The notes beneath the pieces were generated by a model that was given only the letters and a program-made list of their open reading frames with translations, was not told where the DNA came from and ran no database searches. A stretch of DNA of 64,000 nucleotides from Candidatus Dadabacteria bacterium (GTDB taxonomy: Bacteria; Desulfobacterota_D; UBA1144; Nemesobacterales; CSP1-2), in NCBI GenBank assembly GCA_963805855.1, contig CAWDVW010000005.1, forward strand, positions 800,001 to 864,000, read 5' to 3'. Made by a program: the position numbers and the translations under genes. Positions 30,512-39,312 of this stretch are shown piece after piece. Within the stretch, counting starts at the first letter, position 1, and the number at the start of each line of letters is the position of its first letter.

Positions 30512-31204
30512 GTGAAGTCTAACAGTGAAAGACACTTTTCGCAAAGGATCGGCTGGCTACGGGCGGCGGTACTGGGCGCCAACGACGGCATCGTATCTAC
30601 GGCGAGCTTAGTAATGGGCGTCGCAGCCGCCGATGCCGCGCGTGGAAATGTATTAATTGCAGGTGTCGCGGGGCTGGTTGCTGGTGCAATGTCAATGGCC
30701 GCTGGTGAGTATGTCTCGGTTAGCTCACAAGCCGACACGGAGAAAGCTGACTTACACCGAGAGCGACTTGAGCTTGAATCTAACCCTGAGTTTGAACGCC
30801 GAGAATTGGCTCGAATATACGTTGAAAGGGGCCTGGATTCTTCCCTTGCCAGCCAAGTAGCTGAGCAACTAATGAAACACGACCCACTAGCAGCCCACGC
30901 GCGCGATGAATTGGGCCTATCGGAGGCGCATTCTGCGCGCCCCGTTCAAGCGGCTTTAGCTTCAGCCGGCACCTTCGCCGTGGGTGCTGCTCTACCTCTC
31001 TTGATGGTGTTGATTGCACCGCCGAGATTACTCATGGCTTCTGTAGCAGGGAGTTCGTTGGTCTTTCTTGCCCTTTTGGGGTGCTTGGCTGCGCGTGCTG
31101 GTGGTGCCAACATGGTAATTAGCGCAGGTCGCGTTACTTTCTGGGGCGCACTGGCTATGGCCCTCACTGCCGGAATTGGAGCGCTGTTCGGAGCCGTAAT
31201 TTGA
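30512..31204 (+). CDS. VIT1/CCC1 family Fe/Mn transporter (integron gene cassette)
   Basis: LRAAVLGANDGIVS, AMSMAAGEYVSV; higher GC than surroundings; flanked by core site and attC. Confidence 0.93.
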   Translation: MKSNSERHFSQRIGWLRAAVLGANDGIVSTASLVMGVAAADAARGNVLIAGVAGLVAGAMSMAAGEYVSVSSQADTEKADLHRERLELESNPEFERRELARIYVERGLDSSLASQVAEQLMKHDPLAAHARDELGLSEAHSARPVQAALASAGTFAVGAALPLLMVLIAPPRLLMASVAGSSLVFLALLGCLAARAGGANMVISAGRVTFWGALAMALTAGIGALFGAVI

Positions 31205-31221
31205 AAAGGAACAGGGCGGCC

Positions 31222-31280
31222 ACATAACAAGTCGCTGCAACAGACCAGCTAACGCTAGCTGCTGAACTCTGTCGTTATAC
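31222..31280 (+). other. attC site (59-base element)
   Basis: R'' ACATAAC, L'' GCTGCAAC, stem CAGCTA/TAGCTG, L' GCTGAAC, R' GTTATAC. Confidence 0.85.
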
Positions 31281-31457
31281 GACTTAATTTGCAAATTATA
31301 AGGGTCAAACTAAAGGTATTAACCCCACACTCGCCCTACCCGAAAATTCTCAAGCCATCCCTCAAACTCAGGTGGTGAAATATATACCCGCTTGCAAGTT
31401 TTATGCTTTGAAATTTAATCCCAATTGAGAAGAAAATGGCCGTATACTTTTATTAGG

Positions 31458-31646
31458 ATGAAATTAGTCTGTGCCTGGTGTGAGAGTGTTATAGCAGGGC
31501 CAATAATAGGTATTGAGGGTGGTGATGAGGTAGCCCCTTTCATCTGCAAAGGCTGTTTCTACGAGGTGTTTGAGGAAGGCGATAAGGCAGATATTTCCGA
31601 GCTATATGCAGCGATACAGGCTAAGAGTGGAAGATATGAGAATTAG
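31458..31646 (+). CDS. Small Zn-binding phage-type protein
   Basis: MKLVCAWC...ICKGC; truncated second copy at 29506. Confidence 0.6.
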   Translation: MKLVCAWCESVIAGPIIGIEGGDEVAPFICKGCFYEVFEEGDKADISELYAAIQAKSGRYEN

Positions 31647-31670
31647 GTCAGAGTATGAACGACATAATAA

Positions 31671-31874
31671 TTAGTTTCCGCAATTCGAGCATTTAAAATG
31701 GTTGGGATTCGATTTTATAAAATCTAGTAACTCATTAAGATCATCTATGGTTGGGATATCGTCTCGCAGGTGAACAGGTTTTTTGCACACGTTGCGATAT
31801 CTCGCTATTTCAATTTGATCTCTACCTCCCATTTCTGGAGAACTAACTCTAATTAAAAATTTATCAGCAGACAT
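31671..31874 (-). CDS. Small hypothetical protein
   Basis: 67-aa ORF, GGGGGAAG RBS-like sequence, C-terminal CxxC. Confidence 0.45.
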   Translation of the reverse strand: MSADKFLIRVSSPEMGGRDQIEIARYRNVCKKPVHLRDDIPTIDDLNELLDFIKSNPNHFKCSNCGN

Positions 31875-31948
31875 GATTTACTTCCCCCCAAGTAAGTAGG
31901 ACCAAAGCAGATTGTTGCTATATTATTACCTAATCGGGTTCATTGGGT

Positions 31949-32090
31949 CTACCCCTCTCTGTCAAGCCCAGCCTAAGTTGAAATCATAGAGAATGTAACC
32001 CTTCATAGCCACTCTGACGACCTACTGTCTACAGGTCAGCTCATCAAAAATCTAACTTAGACTATGGTCCTATTATAGGGGGGCAGGCCA
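31949..32090. mobile_element. MITE-like IS3 end remnant
   Basis: 32046-32090 nearly identical to IS end 34603-34646. Confidence 0.65.
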
Positions 32091-32227
32091 TAGGTTAGGT
32101 CTCTAGGTGATCGCGGTTTCCGGGGGCTTGACAACTTCTCATAAAATTGATCCTTGACATTAGTATATGGTTATGAGAAATTAGTATATGGTTATGAGAA
32201 AATAGAAAAATGAGGGAGGTAAATGAT

Positions 32228-33172
32228 ATGGGTAAATTCATAATAGTCTTTTTAACAATCATTTCTTCTATTGTAATAATCTCCTGTACAACTTACAAAC
32301 AACCAGCGGCTGTGAATTTCGTAGATCAATCACAAATAGTCGGAACACAACCTATACCAAATGATAGTTGCGCACGTATAAATGATGGGGTTACTCAGTG
32401 CAGATCACAGAATGGACAGTCAATGTGCCAGGCATGTTGTAGCGGGGCATGGCAGCAACTAACTCTCGGCTCGGGAAATATTGAATGCCCGTATAGACCC
32501 ACTGATACCACATTTGAATGTAACTCGAATAAGTATTATATAAGTTGTAATTATTATGAGCAACAGCCTCTGTCACAGCAGCAGCAACAACAGCTTATTA
32601 ATCAGCAGCAACAGCGCCTGGCGCAGTATCGTCAAAAACTGCAAGAGCAGGAGCGTCTCGCGGAACAGCGTAAAGAACAGCTACAGCAGCAACAGCGCCT
32701 GGCGCAGTATCGTTACCAGCAACAGTATCTAGATCGCTTGAGTCAGCAGCAGAAAAGTCTCCCGAATGAGCAGAACTACAATTACAATAATGATCCCTAT
32801 TTCAACACGGCTCCGAATTATCGTTACTCTCGTAGCGGCAATTACTATGAAACAAATCAATATGGTGCAAATTTACTCAAGAAGGCCGTAAACTACGGCT
32901 ATGAGCAGGGCTTCCGCGCCGGACAGGCGGACCGGGAGGATGGCTGGGGCTACAACTATAAAGACTCTTATGCCTATCAGGACGCGAACTACGGCTATAA
33001 TGGCTTTTACGTAGACCAGAACGATTACAACTACTACTACCGCGAGGGCTTCAGTCGCGGCTACGATGATGGCTACAATAACCGCTATCAATATGGTAGC
33101 TACTCTAACGGCAACTATTCTGTCCAGGACGCTGTAATGTCGCAGATCCTCAACTTGCAGTCGCTTCGCTAA
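32228..33172 (+). CDS. Lipoprotein with Cys-rich, Gln-rich and Tyr/Gly-rich regions
   Basis: Lipobox IISC; QQQRLAQYR repeat; YxxGYxxG-rich C-terminus. Confidence 0.75.
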   Translation: MGKFIIVFLTIISSIVIISCTTYKQPAAVNFVDQSQIVGTQPIPNDSCARINDGVTQCRSQNGQSMCQACCSGAWQQLTLGSGNIECPYRPTDTTFECNSNKYYISCNYYEQQPLSQQQQQQLINQQQQRLAQYRQKLQEQERLAEQRKEQLQQQQRLAQYRYQQQYLDRLSQQQKSLPNEQNYNYNNDPYFNTAPNYRYSRSGNYYETNQYGANLLKKAVNYGYEQGFRAGQADREDGWGYNYKDSYAYQDANYGYNGFYVDQNDYNYYYREGFSRGYDDGYNNRYQYGSYSNGNYSVQDAVMSQILNLQSLR

Positions 33173-33359
33173 AGACTGAGGGATGCTGATTTTGCCGAAG
33201 TGCAACTGCAGGATGGGGTGGATCCCCCGAAGATCCGCCTGGATGTTGAATATGCAAAAGAATACTTCAGAATCAACGAACTTGCTCAGAGGGACATGGA
33301 TTTGATTATTGAAGAGTTAAGAGAGGTAGGTGTTCTTGATGAGAGTTAATCTGCAAAAG

Positions 33360-34646
33360 TGTCAAGCCCCCGAAAGGTCCACCTTTTAAGTTAGATTTTT
33401 CATATTTTCCTCTAATGAGTTGAAAGAAATATGCCTTCATTTTTCTTGGTTTTATTACTGGATACGATAGCCTGTGGAGCAGGAGGTCTGTATCCAAGTG
33501 AACTGTGTGGTCTTACTTCATTGTAGTGTCTTCTCCACTGCTCAATCAGTACTTGTGCTTCCTTCAGACTGTAAAATATCTCCCGTGTTTAACAGCTCAT
33601 CCCTAAGCTTTCCATTAAAGCTCTCATTGTATCCATTCTCCCAGGGTGACCCAGGCTCTATATATGCTGTCTTTACTCCAAGACTCCCAATCCACTCCCT
33701 TGTAGCTCTTTGCAGTAAACTCACTCCCATTATCTGAACGTATATAATCAGGAACCCCTTCTGTGATGAACAGAGTACTTAATGTTTCCAATACATCATC
33801 AGCTTTTAAGTGAAGACCCCACACGGATTGCAAGACACTTCCTCGTGTATTCATCTATCACAGTCAACATCCTTATCTTCTTTCCATTATGAAGTCTGTC
33901 GGAAACAAAGTCGTAGCTCCAGACATGGTTCTTAAAACAGGGACGAAGCCTTATGCAGGAACCATCATTAAGGTAAAGCCTTCCCCTTTTTGGTTGTTTT
34001 ACAGGAACTCTTAAGCCCTTCCTCTCTCCATATCCTCTCCACACGCTTATGATTCACTACTCCAGCCCTCAGCTCTAAGAAGTGCTGTAATACGCCTGTA
34101 TCCGTACCTGCCGTAATTACTCGGCAAGACGAACTATATCCCCTCGCAGTACCTCTTCTTCCCCTGATTTGTTTGATTGATAACGCTGCACCGAACGTGG
34201 TTGGTTCAAGTACTCTACATGCTCTACGCTCAGATACTCCCAGCTTTTGCTGTATCATGTACCACACATCTGCGTCTACGTTCGGTGCTTAGAAGTTTCC
34301 CTCCGATGCTTCCTTAAGTATCAGGTTATCCAGTGTTAGGTCTGCTACTGCTCTCTTGAGTCTCGAGTTCTCTCGCTCCAGTTCCTTTAATCGTCTTGCC
34401 TGGTCTGATCCGCATACCTCCGTATTCCTTCCTCCAGCGGTAATACGTGTTCTCCGTTACTCCTATCTCCCTGCATATCTCTGATACATTCCTGCCCTGA
34501 GACGAAAGAACTTCTGCCTGTCGAAGTAGCCTTATTATCTGCTCTGGGGTGTAGCGTTTCCTGCCCATTATACATGACCTCCTATATATAGGGTTTTCTA
34601 TCAAAAATCTAACTTAACTATGGTCCTATTATAGGGGGGCAGGCCA
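33360..34646 (-). mobile_element. IS3-family (IS407-like) element with multiply frameshifted transposase
   Basis: OrfA RYTPEQII..YYRWRKEYGG; OrfB fragments [34 protein letters not shown]; ends share ttaagttagattttt. Confidence 0.9.
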
Positions 34647-35122
34647 CTTAGACTTATAGAGCCTCCTTTTATTTTTTCCCAAGCATGAAGCAGATGATCC
34701 GATGTATAAAAATAAACGCGGCCTCTTCCACCAACCCGTACGCGTCGATCAAATAGGGTGGGGGCAACCTTGTTTAAATAGGATAATGCTAAGTTAGACA
34801 TATCGTCGTTAATGTCCGAACTTAAGTCTTTCCAATGAAATAATGTCTCCCATACTACGGCTGCCGGGGGTATCTTGCTTGGAAAGTATTCGTTTAATTT
34901 TGTGTAGTATTCTTTCCCAACTTCTAATACATAAGAGTCGGTCCATCGAAATTCACGTTCTTCAAGACCACCAGACCCACTAGATGAATCCAAGGATTTT
35001 GAAAATTCCTCCTGAAGGTTTTGCCAAAATTCTATATATTGTTTGGAACTTCTTCCGAACCATAGAACGAAATCATTAATTTTCAGTGCTTCAATAAGAA
35101 GATTCGGATCTTTGGAGTCCAT
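34601..35122 (-). CDS. Hypothetical protein; C-terminus truncated by the IS end
   Basis: Last residues (GLPPYNRTIVKLDF) read through the IS terminal repeat. Confidence 0.55.
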   Translation of the reverse strand: MDSKDPNLLIEALKINDFVLWFGRSSKQYIEFWQNLQEEFSKSLDSSSGSGGLEEREFRWTDSYVLEVGKEYYTKLNEYFPSKIPPAAVVWETLFHWKDLSSDINDDMSNLALSYLNKVAPTLFDRRVRVGGRGRVYFYTSDHLLHAWEKIKGGSISLSGLPPYNRTIVKLDF

Positions 35123-35385
35123 TTATTTATCAAGTGTCTCTACAAAATCGTCATAGGAGCCATCATACGGAATTTCATTAAAGCTATAATTTTTTAGTAC
35201 TTTTCTACCCTCAAAAAATGGGGGGAATAATATTGAGGTGTCCGAGGAGGTGTCTATATTGTCCCGTTTAGGATGGGTTTGTTTGCGTTTGGACACTAAT
35301 ATAGTATTGATATAAGTGCCTAGAATTTCAAGGGAATATAGTTAGTTGTGCTTTGTACGGTTTTGTATCCTTTTGAGGCCTAAAC

Positions 35386-35433
35386 GCTCTCATAAGGCCT
35401 TTGTCGGAGGTTCGATTCCTCCCGCCGCCAGTA
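35386..35433 (+). repeat. attR: duplicated 3' part of tRNA(CAT)
   Basis: Identical to 22238-22285. Confidence 0.95.
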
Positions 35434-35528
35434 GGAATTTATGAATATATTTGATGAGAAAATACCTTTAGAAGGAATTCAGGTCAGTGTGAAACCCTGA
35501 AGCAGGTTTAGAAGTCGAATCCACAGAA

Positions 35529-36710
35529 TTAATTCATAAAACTTCTAAGTACATCCCTCATGTCCGAGTCGGATAGTTTTGCCAGCGCGGCCTTTTCGAT
35601 CTGCCTAATTCGTTCACGCGTAAGATTAAATATCTTCCCAATTTCATCCAGCGTGTAAGTTGTATTCTGGTCTATTCCGAATCTCAACCTGAGTATCTCT
35701 TCTTCTCTAGGAGTAAGCAATGTTAAAGCCTGCCTTATCCTTTCAAAAAGCATCACCTTTGTCCTAACGAATTCAGGGGCGGGAGATCCCTCATCGATAA
35801 TGAAATCGAGGAGAGTTGTCTTCTCGCCTCGAATAATTGGTGAATCTAAGCTAACAGCATCATTAGTTGATTTCAAAATACGCTTTATGACATCTACAGA
35901 AACCCTTGAGATCTTAGATATTTCTTCCGGCGTGGGACTCCTCCCATATTTCTTACGTAAATTTGAACTTATTCTCGATATCTTATTAGTTTGCTCCAAC
36001 AAATATGCCGGCACCTTTATTGTCCTGGTTTGCTCTTGCAGAGACCTGAACATAGCTTGACGGATCCACCACGAAGCGTATGTCGAAAACTTAAACCCTT
36101 TGGTATGATCGAATCTGTCCACAGCCCTCATCAGCCCGACATTACCCTCCTGTATAAGGTCCGAAATCGGAAGACCCACGCTGATATATCTCTTAGCCAT
36201 TGACACAACTAATCTCAAGTTCGATTTAATGAATCTACATTTAAGGACTCTAGCCTTTTCGGAATACGCCTTATCAAGGGCATTCAATATTATGATCTTC
36301 CTGGAAAGGTCACTTCGCCTAAATTTCTGATGCTTAATCCTTTTATTGTTCCTTAATTCGATCTTGTTCTGAAGCCTCTTAACAACCAGCTTTATTTCTT
36401 TGGACTTCTCGTCACATCTTTTTATCTTAGCCGAAACCTCTATCTCCTCTTTCGGTTTTAACAGGGGTTCATTTGCCATATCCCTGAAATAATAATACAT
36501 GAGTCTATACTGTTCATCCGGAACCCTACTGCGCTGCTCGAAATCTAACGAATCTGAGTCATTGGATTCAATATCAGACTCAGAATCGTCAACATCAATT
36601 AATTTCCCTTTGAAATCTGTAGACCTATAGGTTTCTAAATCATTTGTAAAACCCATATGATCATTGACAGATGAAATTGCGTCGTCGGAATCCAAGTTTT
36701 TACTTCCCAA
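35529..36710 (-). CDS. RpoD/SigA-family sigma factor (no region 1.1)
   Basis: [38 protein letters not shown]. Confidence 0.9.
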   Translation of the reverse strand: MGSKNLDSDDAISSVNDHMGFTNDLETYRSTDFKGKLIDVDDSESDIESNDSDSLDFEQRSRVPDEQYRLMYYYFRDMANEPLLKPKEEIEVSAKIKRCDEKSKEIKLVVKRLQNKIELRNNKRIKHQKFRRSDLSRKIIILNALDKAYSEKARVLKCRFIKSNLRLVVSMAKRYISVGLPISDLIQEGNVGLMRAVDRFDHTKGFKFSTYASWWIRQAMFRSLQEQTRTIKVPAYLLEQTNKISRISSNLRKKYGRSPTPEEISKISRVSVDVIKRILKSTNDAVSLDSPIIRGEKTTLLDFIIDEGSPAPEFVRTKVMLFERIRQALTLLTPREEEILRLRFGIDQNTTYTLDEIGKIFNLTRERIRQIEKAALAKLSDSDMRDVLRSFMN

Positions 36711-37028
36711 TATAATTCACCCGTTCTACTTTTCTTCGATTACGAAATACTTAAAACAAGTCTTGTATTGTAGCTTAGCGAGCTTACCGCTCTCAATCGG
36801 GATCTTACACAGAAACAATACAAACACACGAGCACTTTTTTTAAATAACCTCAATCTAATAGGTAAGCGCCCTTGCTTAAGATTTTGTGTGTAACAGGAT
36901 CAAAAGATACACTTAATCCGTTAACAAACAGTGAGTGAGCTTGATACACCTCACCACTCATAATAAAGCAACCAATTACAAAAACCTTCCGGTCACCGCT
37001 GATTTATCGGACTTCTAACCCAAAACAC

Positions 37029-37640
37029 CTATTTCGCGGCAGAATAATTCTTTGCCACCTGTTTCCAATTGACAACGCTCCACCATGCCGAAATATATTC
37101 CGGTCTCCTGTTTTGATATTTAAGATAATACGCATGTTCCCAAACATCGAGGCCTAGAACCGGCCTTAATCCATCGGACACCGGATTATCTTGATTTGGT
37201 GTAGAAGTTATTGTCAGTTTCCCGCCTCGATCGACGCAAAGCCATGCCCATCCGCTTCCAAACCTGCCCGCTGCTGCTTTTGAAAATTGGTCTTTGAAAT
37301 CTGAGAAACTACCAAACGACGAATTTATAGCATCGGCCAACTTCCCCTCAGGCTCACCACCGCCATCTGGACTCATAATTGGCCAAAACATCGAGTGATT
37401 GGCATGCCCACCGCCGTTGTTTCTAACCGCGGTTCGTATGTCTTCAGGAATAGAATTTAAATCCTTCAACAAATCTTCAACACTTTTTTTGTCAAGCTCA
37501 GGATGCTTTTCCAGAGCGGCGTTTAAGTTGTTCACATATCCCTGATGGTGCTTCGTATGATGGATCTCCATCGTACGAGCATCGATGTGAGGTTCCAAGG
37601 CATCATATCCGTATGGTAGTCGCGGCAACTCATGTGGCAT
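37029..37640 (-). CDS. sodA: Superoxide dismutase, Mn-type signature
   Basis: [23 protein letters not shown]. Confidence 0.93.
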   Translation of the reverse strand: MPHELPRLPYGYDALEPHIDARTMEIHHTKHHQGYVNNLNAALEKHPELDKKSVEDLLKDLNSIPEDIRTAVRNNGGGHANHSMFWPIMSPDGGGEPEGKLADAINSSFGSFSDFKDQFSKAAAGRFGSGWAWLCVDRGGKLTITSTPNQDNPVSDGLRPVLGLDVWEHAYYLKYQNRRPEYISAWWSVVNWKQVAKNYSAAK

Positions 37641-37932
37641 TTAATAGCCTCCTTTTAGCGATTGAATATTATGAAATTACTTATTAATCTTGAATTCGTA
37701 ATCGTTAATAGAGATTTTTTTCTCGATATTTTAACGTGTTCTTCAACTTATGGTATTGTAACGCTTAAATTTGTGAGTGTCAAAATGATTCGACGTTTTC
37801 ATCATACTTTTACAAGTATATACAAGTTATTTATCATGTAGGTAACAAAAATCCCAATATAATCAATTACTATTATAAGAATGGATCTAGGTCCGATATC
37901 ACGAAAAGCTAAAAACATCTAATTTCTCGGCA

Positions 37933-38685
37933 ATGAATAAAAATTACATAATAGAGCTAAAAAACGTTTATAAGTCATTTGATTCAAAGCAGGTACACAC
38001 TGGCGTCAATCTTTCCATAAGAAGCGGAGAAAACATTACGGTGCTGGGAGGAAGCGGATCCGGGAAAAGTGTTTTGCTCAAAGAGATCATCGGTCTAATC
38101 AAGCCAGATGAAGGAGATGTTATTATAGAAAATGAAAACATAGTGCCAATGGATGAGAGTGAATTAGTTCACGTCAGAAAAAAAATGGGTATGCTATTCC
38201 AAGGCGCTGCACTTTTCGATTCCCTCACGGTCGCCGAAAACATCGCATATCCCCTGAGGGAAGGCAATAACCATTCAGAAGAAGAAATCAACGAAATTAT
38301 CTCAACGAACCTAGAGCTTGTGGGACTTCCCGGAATTGAAGATAAACTTCCTTCAGATCTAAGCGGTGGTATGAAAAAGAGGGTGGGGCTTGCAAGGGCT
38401 ATGGCCATGAACCCCAAGATCTTACTCTATGACGAGCCGACAACGGGACTGGATCCTCCAAATATCAGCAGAATAAACCACCTTATTAGAAACATGCAGG
38501 AGAAATTCGGGATCACCGGGGTCATAATTACGCACGATGTGAAGAGCGCACTTGAAATTTCGGACAGGATTGCATTCCTTTACAACGGAAGGATAATCTT
38601 TGAGGGTACCGTTACCGAAGCACAAAATACCGATATAGAACTGTTAAATGATTTTATACTTGGAAGATTAGAATACATAGATTAG
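37933..38685 (+). CDS. mlaF: MlaF-like ABC ATP-binding protein
   Basis: GGSGSGKS, FQGAALFDS, LSGGMKKRV, DEPTTGLDP. Confidence 0.85.
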   Translation: MNKNYIIELKNVYKSFDSKQVHTGVNLSIRSGENITVLGGSGSGKSVLLKEIIGLIKPDEGDVIIENENIVPMDESELVHVRKKMGMLFQGAALFDSLTVAENIAYPLREGNNHSEEEINEIISTNLELVGLPGIEDKLPSDLSGGMKKRVGLARAMAMNPKILLYDEPTTGLDPPNISRINHLIRNMQEKFGITGVIITHDVKSALEISDRIAFLYNGRIIFEGTVTEAQNTDIELLNDFILGRLEYID

Positions 38686-38718
38686 AACAGCGACCTCGAA
38701 TCATTTTACCAGAGTCGC

Positions 38719-39183
38719 CTATTCATCGATCCTAACGCCCTCGATTTCCTTTATCTTCCAGGCGCGCAACGTAGTCTTTTCAAGGGTAACGATGATATTC
38801 TCAGGTGATAACTCACTCCCAATTATAGGAAATGATTTACCGGTCTTGATGCCGCTAACATAAAAATCAAGGCTTGCCACTGCTACTTGTTCTTCACCTG
38901 AATCATTAATCGAAACCTTTAAGGCACTATAATTACAGTCAAACCCGTCATAAATAGAGAAGAAATTCGTAACGATGCCTTTTACAACAGGATAAGTTGC
39001 GCCGTTTTCATCCCTATAGTGGATCGAAAAGTGATCCATTACACCGTCTATGTCTTTTTTCCTCCCCGCCATCATAATCTCATCAATCGTAGATTCTATC
39101 TCTCTTGTGTCTTCCCCGGACGATAAGAAAAAAATCATTATCAGGACTACCAAGACTATTAAACCAAGAACAACCTTTTTCAT
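38719..39183 (-). CDS. Membrane-anchored NTF2-like hypothetical protein
   Basis: N-terminal TM; 'DIDGVM..FS..Y.D'...WKI pattern. Confidence 0.6.
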   Translation of the reverse strand: MKKVVLGLIVLVVLIMIFFLSSGEDTREIESTIDEIMMAGRKKDIDGVMDHFSIHYRDENGATYPVVKGIVTNFFSIYDGFDCNYSALKVSINDSGEEQVAVASLDFYVSGIKTGKSFPIIGSELSPENIIVTLEKTTLRAWKIKEIEGVRIDE

Positions 39184-39312
39184 TACTCTCGGCCCACTCT
39201 ATTTGCTGAATCGTATAATACGTCTTACTAATTTGATCAAAATCAGTTTCGTACCCTTTACGCCGTTACGGTACATTTAGAAACATGAGAGGATATACAG
39301 CCTACGGAAAAT

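Larger units (their letters stand above)
22238..35433. mobile_element. tRNA(CAT)-integrated genomic island / phage-satellite-like element, 13.2 kb
   Basis: Perfect 48-bp direct repeat 22238-22285 = 35386-35433; integrase next to attL. Confidence 0.92.

Noticed and set aside
35386-35433. Second tRNA(CAT) gene
   Set aside because: Lacks the 5' acceptor strand and D-arm; it is attR
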